DNA of 64,000 nt from a virus. Taxonomy: Duplodnaviria > Caudoviricetes. A program made the position numbers and the translations under genes. Location of the stretch: positions 32,001 through 96,000 of the IMG/VR virus record IMGVR_UViG_3300029288_000060. One strand, 5' to 3'. Positions 39,795 to 49,861 of the stretch are shown in pieces (within the stretch, counting starts at the first letter, position 1; each line of letters begins with the position of its first letter). The notes below the pieces were generated by a model that did not search any database, had not been told where the DNA came from, and saw only the letters and a list, made by a program, of their open reading frames with translations.

Positions 39795-40286
39795 TTAATC
39801 CTCCTTAATTATTTTTTCTAATTCGAGGCAAACTTCATAGTCATTATATCTATCAACAAGAATTTTACCAGGTAAGATGTTTAAATCCACTATATTAACA
39901 AACCAAGAATATTGGTCAACAGGTAAATCCGGAGCTCCGTTTTCTTTGATCTTATTTACCATATTACACGTTAAGTTAAATAATGGACTGGTAACTCCAT
40001 CATTTTTCCAACAACTATCATGGTCTGAAGTGAATCTAAATTTAGCAGTAGAATTAAACTTAAGCGCAGACAAATCATTAGGTCCAACCGCCATTATTAC
40101 CGTAGTATAGTTAGTTGGACGATAGAAAGCAAAGTGAATTGAATTGAAAACTCCATCAACCTTTGTTTTACTATCTCTATAATTAACCGAGACTCTAATG
40201 GTTGCGCATAAAACTTTACCTTCTGTAAATCTGGGCAGAAAATAGTCTACGATTGATATTAACGCAGAACTTAAGTCTATCTTCAT
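39795..40286 (-). CDS. hypothetical protein
   Basis: AAGGAG RBS. Confidence 0.6.
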   Translation of the reverse strand: MKIDLSSALISIVDYFLPRFTEGKVLCATIRVSVNYRDSKTKVDGVFNSIHFAFYRPTNYTTVIMAVGPNDLSALKFNSTAKFRFTSDHDSCWKNDGVTSPLFNLTCNMVNKIKENGAPDLPVDQYSWFVNIVDLNILPGKILVDRYNDYEVCLELEKIIKED

Positions 40287-40309
40287 ATAATTTTTCTCCT
40301 TAATTTAAT

Positions 40310-41398
40310 TTAAGATTCTTTAATTTTCTTTAAATATTCTGTTAGTTTATCATACCCCCAAGCATGAATTCCTTCTTTCCATTTTATTGTATTTTCAGAT
40401 TTAAATAAAACATCATAATCAGAACCATCTGGCCAAATTAATTGAATAACGTTTTTTCTCCACCCGACTGTAAACATCCCAAATTCTGTATCAATTTGGT
40501 ACCATGGTCCTCTCCATGATTGACTTTCATACTCATTTTTAATTGGAACAACTGAGAACCATAACATATTTGATCTATTAAAGCATTCTACGAACTTTTT
40601 AATTGACCAACTGTTAACAAAATTTTGATAACATTTTTTGTGATAATAAGTGGTTACCTCAAATGATATTTCATCACCTTTTTCAATTACATGTGATGTA
40701 TCAGCAATAATTTTATTACCCTTTCGATTGTCTACCCAACCATATTCGTTTATTTTAAGAGTTGGATATTTTGGATCTGGAGTTAAATCAATATATTTAT
40801 CATTTCTTAAAAATATATCATTCGTAACAGACCAAATTGCAGTATGGAGATTTGACCAGTCTTCTTTAATTTGCTCTATTGTATATCCTATGTATAGAGA
40901 CATATTCATTGTTTTAACTTCTGGTTCTTTATGAGAATCAAAACAATTTGATATTGTCCATCCTTTTTTACAAACAGGACAAATTAAATCTGGTCGAGGA
41001 ATTTCTGGATCAAATGAATATGCAATACTCATAGGAAAAGGTCTTTTGTTTGTCTTATAATTAAAATCTTTTTTGCTTATTTCTTCTCTAGATAGAACAT
41101 CAGGATGGAGTGATAAGTCATATTCATGAATTTTTTTGAAAAAATAATCACTTGTCATTAATTTTGGTAAAGTATTAATATAATCTGCGGGAATAAATGT
41201 TACCAACTTCATCATATTTCCACAATTATCAGCCTTCCACTGCCCACCGAAGATGTAAAATTCGTTAAGATTTTCTTTTTCCTCATAGTGAGCATAATGA
41301 CGAGCTTTTATTAATTCATGAAAACCTTCTAAAGTTTTAAGTTTTTCTAAAATATATTTTGGTTGATCATACCAATTAATAGGGTAATTTTCGTTCAT
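40310..41398 (-). CDS. hypothetical phage protein with Zn-ribbon
   Basis: CPVC..GW....C...H..C; PWYQIDTEFG.FTVGWRK..I C-terminal block. Confidence 0.65.
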   Translation of the reverse strand: MNENYPINWYDQPKYILEKLKTLEGFHELIKARHYAHYEEKENLNEFYIFGGQWKADNCGNMMKLVTFIPADYINTLPKLMTSDYFFKKIHEYDLSLHPDVLSREEISKKDFNYKTNKRPFPMSIAYSFDPEIPRPDLICPVCKKGWTISNCFDSHKEPEVKTMNMSLYIGYTIEQIKEDWSNLHTAIWSVTNDIFLRNDKYIDLTPDPKYPTLKINEYGWVDNRKGNKIIADTSHVIEKGDEISFEVTTYYHKKCYQNFVNSWSIKKFVECFNRSNMLWFSVVPIKNEYESQSWRGPWYQIDTEFGMFTVGWRKNVIQLIWPDGSDYDVLFKSENTIKWKEGIHAWGYDKLTEYLKKIKES

Positions 41399-41424
41399 AT
41401 ATTAAATCTCCTTTATTTTATAAT

Positions 41425-41436
41425 AAATATATATAG
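41425..41436 (-). promoter_or_regulatory. putative early promoter CTATATATATTT
   Basis: Motif copy upstream of 41398. Confidence 0.6.
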
Positions 41437-41481
41437 TTTAGAATTTAATATATGATTAAAATGATGAATATATTTTTACAA

Positions 41482-41513
41482 AAAAAATGGACTATATAAA
41501 TAGTCCATTTTTT
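41482..41513 (-). terminator. intrinsic terminator
   Basis: AAAAAATGGACTAT/ATAGTCCATTTTTT. Confidence 0.75.
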
Positions 41514-41538
41514 AAATTTTTGTTTATTAGTTATCTTT

Positions 41539-41820
41539 TTACTTTTCTTCCAATAATTGTTTTTGTTTTTTATTGAAAACTTCATTATTGAAGATAAAGA
41601 ATGGGAATCCCTTATCAAGTTTAACTATTGCAAAAGGTTGGTCCTGGAAAATAATTCCTCCATTATCGCCATTGAATCTTACTCGTTCTGCATATCGAAG
41701 TCCACAAATAACATAAATATAATGAAGAATTCTTCCCATTGAATTATCTTTATAATTCCTATAGAAGCTACCCTTTTCATCAATTGGTGTTAAAACAGTA
41801 TTATATTTCTGCTCGCTCAT
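41539..41820 (-). CDS. hypothetical protein
   Basis: Start likely MSEQKY at 41820 (GGAGG RBS, overlap with upstream stop). Confidence 0.55.
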   Translation of the reverse strand: MSEQKYNTVLTPIDEKGSFYRNYKDNSMGRILHYIYVICGLRYAERVRFNGDNGGIIFQDQPFAIVKLDKGFPFFIFNNEVFNKKQKQLLEEK

Positions 41821-42500
41821 TTTTCCTCCAATGGTGTATACCACTTATCTTCAAAACCAATTGCTGATAAACATGTCCATTTACAATTATTATTATAACC
41901 TTCTTTAAAACAATGCATGTGACCAAAATACCATAATTTTGGTTGATATTTTTCTAATACCAAACTTAATGCATATCTTGATGGGTCACGATAAAAATCC
42001 TCATGATAATCAGGAATTTTAAATTCAATTGGTGCAGTATGACTAATCACAATGTCAATTTTTTCTTCTGGTAAATTGTAAATATCTTGTTGACTGATGG
42101 TTTCTTCTGGGAACCAATCTCGACCTGGCGTTCTATAATCTTTATCGATGGAATAAGCTCCACCTATAAATAAAATTTTTCTACCATCCTCTAATGTCAA
42201 AACTGAGCCTCTTTTCATGTAGAAAACATTCGGAATAACCTCATTGTTTTCTATTTTTTTAATCGAGTCATGATCTTCATGATTACCATCACACCAATAT
42301 ATTTTTACATTATTATTTTGTAATGTATTATTATCAAATCTGTATGGAGTTGAGACATAACCATACCATGACGGATTAAAAAATCTGGGCCAAAAACCGA
42401 AATCGCCACATTGTAAGATAGTGGTGATTTCAGGAGAATCTGAAATAAACTTAGTTACTTGTTTAAACTTACCATGAAAATCACCACATACTACGATCAT
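41817..42500 (-). CDS. calcineurin-like metallophosphoesterase
   Basis: GDFHG, GDFG, GNHE, SHTAP, FGHMH. Confidence 0.9.
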   Translation of the reverse strand: MIVVCGDFHGKFKQVTKFISDSPEITTILQCGDFGFWPRFFNPSWYGYVSTPYRFDNNTLQNNNVKIYWCDGNHEDHDSIKKIENNEVIPNVFYMKRGSVLTLEDGRKILFIGGAYSIDKDYRTPGRDWFPEETISQQDIYNLPEEKIDIVISHTAPIEFKIPDYHEDFYRDPSRYALSLVLEKYQPKLWYFGHMHCFKEGYNNNCKWTCLSAIGFEDKWYTPLEEK

Positions 42501-42518
42501 TAGAAATCTCCTCCTTTT

Positions 42519-43025
42519 CTATGAATGGTTTTCAGTAATGATAATTAAATCTTTTTTAAAAGTTTCCATATTATGACCATTTGCGTGTAGTGCAGAACAT
42601 ATATCATTAGAATCCATAATTCCTTCTCCACCGCTATTTCCAAATTCTACTTCAACTGCGCTATCAAAGTCAAATATTGATATTGCTTGTTTTGCAATCT
42701 CATAATGTAAAAAAGTTTCAAGATAAACTTCATAAATATAATTTACATCTTTTTCTTTTAATAATATTCTTGTTACCTCTCTTAAATCATTAAATAATCT
42801 GTTTTTGACTTCATGAATGTTCTTAATTCTAATTCTTTTTCTGTTAGCTCTTAACACATCTGCAATATCATAACCAGAATAAAATTTATGTTCGCAGTCA
42901 AAATCTTCTATAAACAAGTCTGAATCATTCAAAACTTTATATAAATTTCTTTTTGTATCACCTTTAAATAGAAAAATATAATTTGTGGAAGAAGAATTTG
43001 TAATAAAGTCTGTTTTAATCTTCAT
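42519..43025 (-). CDS. MKxKxDFxTNSSS-motif family protein
   Basis: MKIKTDFITNSSSTNYIF. Confidence 0.75.
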   Translation of the reverse strand: MKIKTDFITNSSSTNYIFLFKGDTKRNLYKVLNDSDLFIEDFDCEHKFYSGYDIADVLRANRKRIRIKNIHEVKNRLFNDLREVTRILLKEKDVNYIYEVYLETFLHYEIAKQAISIFDFDSAVEVEFGNSGGEGIMDSNDICSALHANGHNMETFKKDLIIITENHS

Positions 43026-43037
43026 TAAATACTCCGC

Positions 43038-43316
43038 TTATCTAAGATTATAAATCATTTCGCTGATTTTATATGAATCATCAAATGTAACAATCGCATA
43101 AGAATAACCATTTTTGAATTTATGAGGCATTTCTACTGAGTTGACTGGATGACCCTTCTTAATACAATGGAGGTTGCGTTTCCATAATAACTTACCACTT
43201 TTCTGACAACTTATACATCCGTCATTCCAAACTTGAATAACTACTTTATTTCCAATACTACTTAAAAGTGGGTTATCAACTTTTTTTACAAAGTCTTTAA
43301 TTAAAGATGGTGTCAT
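43038..43316 (-). CDS. hypothetical protein
   Basis: ORF in operon. Confidence 0.55.
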   Translation of the reverse strand: MTPSLIKDFVKKVDNPLLSSIGNKVVIQVWNDGCISCQKSGKLLWKRNLHCIKKGHPVNSVEMPHKFKNGYSYAIVTFDDSYKISEMIYNLR

Positions 43317-43327
43317 ACTTATACCCC

Positions 43328-43747
43328 CTAATTAAGTTTCTTTTTTTCTAAGTTTTTCTCAACTTCTTGATTTAAAAGTTTCAACGTATTTGAAACTGTT
43401 TTATCTATTTCTCCAAAATAATTTTTTGCTGTTTCTGATTGTACAACATCAATACCTTTTTTTGTAATAATTATTTTGATAAGAGTATCTGACGTGGGAA
43501 TTAATATAGCTGACAAGAATGATAATATAAAAGGAAAGATACAAATAATAAACATTTTTTTTGAAAACCTTTTATAAATCAACCTTTCAGCTTCACTTTC
43601 TGGAGTAAGAGGTAATTCTGCAGATATAGCGTAGAGATAAATACATATTGCAAGCATTATTGCTGCAATAGTGACACCAGCAATAACTTCAAAAAGTAAT
43701 TTTATACTGTCAATATTCCAAATAATGTAAGATTCTAACCAAGACAT
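43328..43747 (-). CDS. two-TM membrane protein
   Basis: Two hydrophobic helices, ILIPTS..L motif. Confidence 0.65.
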   Translation of the reverse strand: MSWLESYIIWNIDSIKLLFEVIAGVTIAAIMLAICIYLYAISAELPLTPESEAERLIYKRFSKKMFIICIFPFILSFLSAILIPTSDTLIKIIITKKGIDVVQSETAKNYFGEIDKTVSNTLKLLNQEVEKNLEKKKLN

Positions 43748-43758
43748 ATTTTTCTCCT

Positions 43759-44553
43759 CTATTCTTTAAATTCCCCTAAAAACATTCCATTTTTACCATA
43801 CACTTTGACCATACCTTCTATGGTTGTTATAACAATCACCCCAAGTTTTACCAATTCAAACGCAGGATGATTGATATTTAGCTTCATGAATTTGTTGACT
43901 GCATAATATTCACAAACATAACATTGATTCCAGATCGAACCCCAGATTGAATCACAGACTGAACCCAAGATTGAATCACCGACTGAATTCCAAACTGAAT
44001 CCCAAAATGAATTCCAAACTGAATCCCAGATCGGACCCACGACTGGATTCTTGACTGGATTCTTGACTGAATTCCTGACTGAATTCCAGGGATTCGATCT
44101 GATCGAATCCCTGACCGAACCTTCTATATCTACCAATATCCTTCTCAGCCTTTTTTCATCTGGCATCTTTGTTGCTTTTATGGGATTGATAAATTTATAC
44201 TTTTGCAACCTTGTATAGATATCTTTCGTATATCCCCAGTTAGGAACAACCTTATTAAAGTCCAGCTTTTTACAAAATTCCTCTACTTGTCTAGAATCAT
44301 CAAGTATAAATCCTTCGTTATAATCTACTGCGTTTAATTGATCAATTATAAACTTTTTTGTAAACGGATTATATTCATATTTGTTGGCTTTATCCACTGG
44401 GATTTCACGTCGGAAGTAATCACCAATTGAATCATGAGAATCTTCTGAGTATGATATTTTACCATCACGAATCTGTTGGCGAATATCTTTATCAAAATAA
44501 CGTATTTTACCTTTCCCATTCGATATTAAACTGAAAAAATCGCACATTATCAA
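43759..44553 (-). CDS. protein with SVW(D/N) tetrapeptide repeat
   Basis: MCDFFS start, SHDSI motif, ~16 tetrapeptide repeats. Confidence 0.7.
   Translation of the reverse strand: MIMCDFFSLISNGKGKIRYFDKDIRQQIRDGKISYSEDSHDSIGDYFRREIPVDKANKYEYNPFTKKFIIDQLNAVDYNEGFILDDSRQVEEFCKKLDFNKVVPNWGYTKDIYTRLQKYKFINPIKATKMPDEKRLRRILVDIEGSVRDSIRSNPWNSVRNSVKNPVKNPVVGPIWDSVWNSFWDSVWNSVGDSILGSVCDSIWGSIWNQCYVCEYYAVNKFMKLNINHPAFELVKLGVIVITTIEGMVKVYGKNGMFLGEFKE
43925..44122 (-). repeat. 12-bp degenerate coding tandem repeat
   Basis: Units like GACTGAATTCCA/GACTGGATTCTT repeated ~16 times. Confidence 0.8.
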
Positions 44554-44942
44554 TCTCCCATTAAAATTTTTTAAATGTCAATTGTCCATTAATTATCATC
44601 TTTTTCATTATAATTTTCATTATATATTCTTTCCCAATACCAAATAGATTTAGGAGTATGAGTTAACCATAATCCGTAATAAGCTAGTAATGATGTTGGA
44701 ATAGTCGATACTAATGAAATTAACCAACCTCGTATGACCAAAGAAGAACATTGTTCAATCGCAGTTGGAGAATTAGTCATCGGACCTAAAACTTCACCCA
44801 TTGCAATAAAAAGTAAAATTAGAACACTACAACCTCCAATAGTTAAAACATAATAAATTAATGAGCAAGTAATAAAACAAATTATTTTTTCTAATTATCT
44901 TTATTAAGTAATTATTTCTATACATATCATCCTCTCTTTTAT

Positions 44943-45185
44943 TCATGGGTGAGTTCTAAGTTCATCTAAATGTTTATCTTCCTCTAATTCTTTTAAATAT
45001 TTTTCAGCATCTTCGTAAGTTTCAAAATACTGAGAATCTCTTGATCCTGGTTCTGTAAATTTGAATTCTGGATTGTAATACATTGTTCCAATGTAATAAC
45101 CACATCCGGAGTGACATATTTGTAAATCTGAATAATTTTTTTTATCATAAATATATTCTGCAGCTTCTATCATTGGTGATCTCAT
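44943..45185 (-). CDS. hypothetical phage protein
   Basis: LQICHSGCGYYIG...EPGSRDSQYF motif; AAGGAG RBS. Confidence 0.65.
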   Translation of the reverse strand: MRSPMIEAAEYIYDKKNYSDLQICHSGCGYYIGTMYYNPEFKFTEPGSRDSQYFETYEDAEKYLKELEEDKHLDELRTHP

Positions 45186-45208
45186 ATCTTCTCCTTTTAT
45201 CCAAAAAT

Positions 45209-45382
45209 CTAATTTTTTATTTTAATGGCAGTTAAGCCATTAACTGCCAAAAGTTTATTTAACACTTCAAGATTAATATATCTTGTTCTATTTAATATTT
45301 CCCAACATGAATCACAGATGCAATCTTCGAAACTTTCATTTAATTCCCAACCGCAGTATTTACATATTATTTTCTCTTCCAT
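45209..45382 (-). CDS. 57-aa Zn-finger peptide (not in ORF track)
   Basis: MEEKIICKYCGWELNESFEDCICDSCWE...; GGAGG RBS. Confidence 0.5.
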   Translation of the reverse strand: MEEKIICKYCGWELNESFEDCICDSCWEILNRTRYINLEVLNKLLAVNGLTAIKIKN

Positions 45383-45405
45383 CAAACATTTTCCTCCATG
45401 TTAAT

Positions 45406-45495
45406 TGGGGCAGGAGGTAGGACTTGAACCTACAATTGTTGGTTTCTCGTTTTATCGAGCCGGCTCCCATGCGCTTCCATTAGGCGACTCCTGCC
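45406..45495 (-). ncRNA. tRNA-like RNA lacking a canonical anticodon arm
   Basis: GGCAGGAG/CTCCTGCC acceptor helix, encoded CCA, D arm with GG, T arm GTAGG-TTCAAGT-CCTAC; 36-nt irregular central arm. Confidence 0.8.
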
Positions 45496-45502
45496 ATATT
45501 TA

Positions 45503-46732
45503 TTAACTTTTCTTCCAAGGTTTTACTTCAGTTGAATCTTTTATATTATGAATTGGAATAATTCTATCAAGAATAGTTGCTGTTGGTTCTATTGCTTTTT
45601 CAATTATTTTTGAATCTTTATAAGCATCTGGAGATTCATCTATTGTTGCCATACAAACTGATGTAGAAAATATTCCTTCCATATCATTTTTGAATTTTTC
45701 AATGTCTAAATCCTCTTTAGCTTTTGCTCTAGAATGGTTTCTACCTGCACCATGAGGAGCAGAATAATTCCATTCTGAATTAGATTTTCCTTCACATATA
45801 AGAATTCCATCTCTCATATTAAAGGGGATTAACATTCTTTCTCCAATATAAGATCTAATTGCACCTTTTCTAATTATTCCATCTTTTGGATCAATGTAAT
45901 TATGAATGGTTTCAATTTGATCTTTTATATCTACTGATATTTTTAGATCATTTTTTAAAATACTTATAATTGATTCCATTATGGTTTTTCTATTTAATTT
46001 TGCATAATCTTGACAAAAGTACATATCTTTCAAATAGCTGTCTTTATTATCACCTTCAAGAAAATCTAATGGTGATGGTTTTAATCTTCTTCGTTCATTA
46101 TTAAGTTGTTTAATTTTTTTATCCCATTCTTTTTTAGGATATGTTTCTTTTATTTCTTTTATTGCTATATTTTTATCTGGAAGTTTTCTTATAGAAGCAA
46201 TTTTCTGCCAGTATTCACAAACTTTTTTTCCTAAATTTCTTGAACCTGAATGAATTGTAACCCAAACATCATTATTGGTTACTGACTTTCCTATTTCTAT
46301 AAAGTGGTTTCCTCCACCAAGTGTTCCAATACTATGAACGACATAATCAGAATTAATTCCAAGTTTTTTACATAATTCATAACCTGAATTATGTAAATCG
46401 CTTTTACTTTTTTTATTAATATTCTGCCCCAAGGGTATTGATTGTCTTATTCTTATATCTAATTCTTTATGATTAACAACAATGTCGCCTACATTAAAAG
46501 AAAGCATTCCACAACCTTTATCAACTCCAACTACATTTGGTATAACTTTATCACTTACTGGCATTGTAAATCCAATAACTGATCCTTTTCCATAATGACA
46601 ATCAGGCATAATGATAACTTTGTTTGTAAAAGCTTCATGATTAATCATTTGAATAATTTGACTTATACATGATTCTTCCACTTCATCAATCATTATATAA
46701 GCTGTTGTATATTTACCTATTAAAGGGAACAT
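45503..46732 (-). CDS. rtcB: RtcB family RNA ligase (3'-phosphate/5'-OH)
   Basis: MPDCH.G, VGVDKGCG, GTLGGGNHFIE, IHSGSR, HN, RKGA, SAPHGAGR, DESP.AYK. Confidence 0.95.
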   Translation of the reverse strand: MFPLIGKYTTAYIMIDEVEESCISQIIQMINHEAFTNKVIIMPDCHYGKGSVIGFTMPVSDKVIPNVVGVDKGCGMLSFNVGDIVVNHKELDIRIRQSIPLGQNINKKSKSDLHNSGYELCKKLGINSDYVVHSIGTLGGGNHFIEIGKSVTNNDVWVTIHSGSRNLGKKVCEYWQKIASIRKLPDKNIAIKEIKETYPKKEWDKKIKQLNNERRRLKPSPLDFLEGDNKDSYLKDMYFCQDYAKLNRKTIMESIISILKNDLKISVDIKDQIETIHNYIDPKDGIIRKGAIRSYIGERMLIPFNMRDGILICEGKSNSEWNYSAPHGAGRNHSRAKAKEDLDIEKFKNDMEGIFSTSVCMATIDESPDAYKDSKIIEKAIEPTATILDRIIPIHNIKDSTEVKPWKKS

Positions 46733-46759
46733 AAGATTCTTCCTTTTCTAAAAAATATT

Positions 46760-46930
46760 TTATATATAATGATTTTTGATTCTCTCCATTTGAGCTTCTG
46801 TTAAATTTAGTCCTTTCCAATCAAGAATACCTAGTTCTTTATCAATTTCCCATCGTTCTTGGTCTGACAATTTTAAAAAATTTCTTGGTCTTTCAAATGA
46901 CTTTTCATACATTTCTTCTTGAGTTAACAT
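46760..46930 (-). CDS. 56-aa hypothetical protein (not in ORF track)
   Basis: MLTQEEMYEKSFERPRNF...IDKELGILDWKG...; AGGAG RBS. Confidence 0.55.
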   Translation of the reverse strand: MLTQEEMYEKSFERPRNFLKLSDQERWEIDKELGILDWKGLNLTEAQMERIKNHYI

Positions 46931-47624
46931 GTTTCTTCTCCTTTAAACGTTGAAGGTTATGTTTTTCTCTTAATTCAATTCCATTTTCATGTAGTTTTGC
47001 AACCAATTCCATAATTTTTTCAACGGTTGGTTCTAAAAGATTATGCCCTTTACTATCCGCACCAAGATTGATAAATTCTGGTTTTATGTCAACAATCCAA
47101 TTGCATAAAATATCAACATCAAAATCTAGGATTGGTTCAAGAGTGATAAACTTTCTTTCATTTAATTTCATCATACAAATGGCTCTTTCTTCTGTAGTAG
47201 GTGCATTTGAAATATTGGGTATTAATCTATTAGTTTCTATTGTTGTGCCAAAAATTCTGTGTTCAGGCCAAATATTAAAATAATCTAAAAGTTTTTGAAA
47301 AAGAATTGGATTTTTAGATTGGAAAACATAAGTATTATTTGGCCACATTTTACAATGCATTAAAATATTAAATATGTATTCAATAGGAACATCATTTGCA
47401 AATAAATCATTCATATGCTCAATAAAAATTGTTTTGTCAGTACCATAAATTACATCAAATTCTGCATCAATTATTCTTAGGGGACCTTTAAATCTTTCAT
47501 TTCTTCCAAGGTTTGGATTATCAACATAACAATAAATACATCTATGAGAACACTCACCAGCTAAATGTGAATGCATATGAGTAACCCAATGATACATATT
47601 TCCTTTTGATTTTATTAATGGCAT
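46905..47624 (-). CDS. DUF5131 (Gp37/Gp68)-like radical-SAM-fold protein
   Basis: CSHRCIYCY (CxxxCxxC), MNDLF, QSKNP, GTTIETN, TLEPIL. Confidence 0.75.
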   Translation of the reverse strand: MPLIKSKGNMYHWVTHMHSHLAGECSHRCIYCYVDNPNLGRNERFKGPLRIIDAEFDVIYGTDKTIFIEHMNDLFANDVPIEYIFNILMHCKMWPNNTYVFQSKNPILFQKLLDYFNIWPEHRIFGTTIETNRLIPNISNAPTTEERAICMMKLNERKFITLEPILDFDVDILCNWIVDIKPEFINLGADSKGHNLLEPTVEKIMELVAKLHENGIELREKHNLQRLKEKKHVNSRRNV

Positions 47625-48241
47625 GTTTCTTCTCCTTCTCCTTCTCCTTCTAATGAATTATAATAATGATTTTCTTCTATATATTTCATAATTTTTTCTA
47701 ACGAGTTAAAAACTTTTAATTCATACGTAGAGTGACGTCTTGTTTTCATTAATTTATATATATTCTTTTTGTCATTAAACAAGATAAAATAAACACCATT
47801 TTCATATAATGTGTGTTCAAAAATATCTATGAATTTAAACCCTTTATAGGCGCCTTTTTTAAAAGGTTTTAAAAATGGCGAGATTTCTTTAATACTATCT
47901 ATTATTTTATTAGTGAACTCAGTATTATTTTTTATTAATGCTATTTTAATGCTATTTTGAGAAGTTTCTTGAATGATACCACCAGTCAAAAGATTCCGAC
48001 GTCGCATTTCCTCGCAAAATTTATCATATACTAGTTGTCCACTATAACAATCTAAAAGTACTGTCCAATTTAAAGTTTCAGATAATAAAATTTTTCCTAT
48101 TTCATCTTGAATGCTATCAATTTTTTCACCATTAGATGAAATTTCATCTTCTATTGGTTTTAGAAGCTTATGTAATTCCTTATTTCTTTTTTCTAATTCT
48201 TTTTTCTGTCTGGTTAATTTATTTATTTTTTCTTTATTCAT
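47615..48241 (-). CDS. hypothetical protein with N-terminal coiled coil
   Basis: ORF in operon. Confidence 0.6.
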   Translation of the reverse strand: MNKEKINKLTRQKKELEKRNKELHKLLKPIEDEISSNGEKIDSIQDEIGKILLSETLNWTVLLDCYSGQLVYDKFCEEMRRRNLLTGGIIQETSQNSIKIALIKNNTEFTNKIIDSIKEISPFLKPFKKGAYKGFKFIDIFEHTLYENGVYFILFNDKKNIYKLMKTRRHSTYELKVFNSLEKIMKYIEENHYYNSLEGEGEGEETCH

Positions 48242-48288
48242 TTTTTATCACCAATATATCTCAAAAGTTAGTAAGCCCTCTTATATCC

Positions 48289-48498
48289 TTACTTGTTATT
48301 ATCATTTTTTTCCGTTTCCTCTATTTTTACCTCGAATACTGTCCACATTCCATTTTTTCTTCTAACACCATCTTTCACTACTCTATGAGCTAAATCTCTA
48401 GCCACATAGTTACGGATTTGTAAGATATCTTTAGAATCACCTTCCCACAAAACGCCGTGACCTAAAATGTCATTATCAAACAAGACTCTAATTCTCAT
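48289..48498 (-). CDS. hypothetical protein
   Basis: GAGGTG RBS. Confidence 0.5.
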   Translation of the reverse strand: MRIRVLFDNDILGHGVLWEGDSKDILQIRNYVARDLAHRVVKDGVRRKNGMWTVFEVKIEETEKNDNNK

Positions 48499-48644
48499 CT
48501 TTCACCTCAAATTGAACCTTTACTTAATATTATCCATAACATTTTTAACCTCTATTTACAATAAATGACCGTAAAAAATCCAACACAAATTATAGCAAAT
48601 ATTGTAAACAATATAATCATTAATCTTTTGAGATCAGACATGTT

Positions 48645-49172
48645 TTATCTCCTCTCAGCTCCTTTTATAAAGTTAAAATTATCTGGTTTATCTTCCATTA
48701 AAAGAAAGATTTTTTCTTCTGATATTGGATAATAATTATTATTATCTACTCCAATATCATAACATTTTCCTTGTATTATATCATTTAATCTACCATGTGA
48801 ATGACCAAAGAGCAAAATACTATTATGGTGTGATTTGGGCCAAACTATCATTGCAAAATGACATACAACTATATGATTATTATTAATTCTTCTTTGCCAT
48901 ATTTCATGATAATTTTGATTCATCCATTTATCATGAGAACCTCTAATAAAGAAATGATTTCCGTTTAATTGATCAATAATTTTTTGTGCATCTTGGTACT
49001 TATTTAAAAAAGTAAAATCACCCCCATGAATAACTATATCATTTTTAGTAACAATTTCATTATTTCGTTTTATTAATTCTTTATGCATTTCAGTTAAGTT
49101 TTTAAAAGGTCGATTACAATATTTGATGATGTTTTTGTGATAGTAATGTTCGTCAGCGGTAAAAAAGTACAA
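48645..49172 (-). CDS. calcineurin-like phosphoesterase
   Basis: ADEH, GGDF, RGSHD, CHFA, FGHSH, DIGVD. Confidence 0.88.
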   Translation of the reverse strand: MYFFTADEHYYHKNIIKYCNRPFKNLTEMHKELIKRNNEIVTKNDIVIHGGDFTFLNKYQDAQKIIDQLNGNHFFIRGSHDKWMNQNYHEIWQRRINNNHIVVCHFAMIVWPKSHHNSILLFGHSHGRLNDIIQGKCYDIGVDNNNYYPISEEKIFLLMEDKPDNFNFIKGAERR

Positions 49173-49201
49173 TTATTTACCTCCTCTTAAATTTATATTT
49201 T

Positions 49202-49459
49202 TCAATTGATTTTAGGTAATTTACCTCTACCAAAAGTTACTCTATTAAAAGTATGATGTAATTTTTTTAAATAATTTATAGATGCACCTCGTTGGTGATT
49301 TACAGTTATTATTTCTTCTTCCTCTGTAAGATGCTCAATTTTTTCAGAGTTCACAAATATAACAACTTCCGGAATTTTATGATTAGTAAAAAAGTTATTT
49401 GTTGATTTCCAACCATTACTAAATAAATATTGTTTACACATCTCTTCTACTGATCTCAT
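49202..49459 (-). CDS. hypothetical protein
   Basis: ORF in operon. Confidence 0.5.
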   Translation of the reverse strand: MRSVEEMCKQYLFSNGWKSTNNFFTNHKIPEVVIFVNSEKIEHLTEEEEIITVNHQRGASINYLKKLHHTFNRVTFGRGKLPKIN

Positions 49460-49473
49460 ATTATATTCCTATT

Positions 49474-49830
49474 TTATATTTTAACTCCCATTTTTTTAGC
49501 TTTTTTAACAGCACAATTTGGACATCTAAACTCCGGATCCTTCTCTCTTGTTTTATCATACTTATGCTTTAAAGCAATTCTAAAACCATACTTATAGATG
49601 GTATTACAATCACTACATTTAATATAACTTTTAATTTCCCATAAAGGTTTATAATATTTTACAACGAATATGTATTGGTCAACCCAAAAGAAGATACATG
49701 CTCCAATAAAATTTGCTATTATTGTAAGTATTAGATCATTATCAACTATAACACGTAAATACTTTATACATGCCCAAAGAATAGGTGTACTTAATTGCCA
49801 CCGTACTGCATAATATATAAATTTTTTCAT
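49474..49830 (-). CDS. GtrA-like two-TM protein fused to Zn ribbon
   Basis: RWQLSTP, ANFIGACIFFWVD..IF; CxxC...CPxC. Confidence 0.6.
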   Translation of the reverse strand: MKKFIYYAVRWQLSTPILWACIKYLRVIVDNDLILTIIANFIGACIFFWVDQYIFVVKYYKPLWEIKSYIKCSDCNTIYKYGFRIALKHKYDKTREKDPEFRCPNCAVKKAKKMGVKI

Positions 49831-49861
49831 TAATTGTCCTTTACTTTTCTTGATTTTATAA

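Noticed and set aside
45406-45495. Canonical tRNA-His, tRNA-Sec or tmRNA
   Set aside because: No GTG or TCA anticodon loop, no proper anticodon stem, no G3.U70 pair or tag reading frame.
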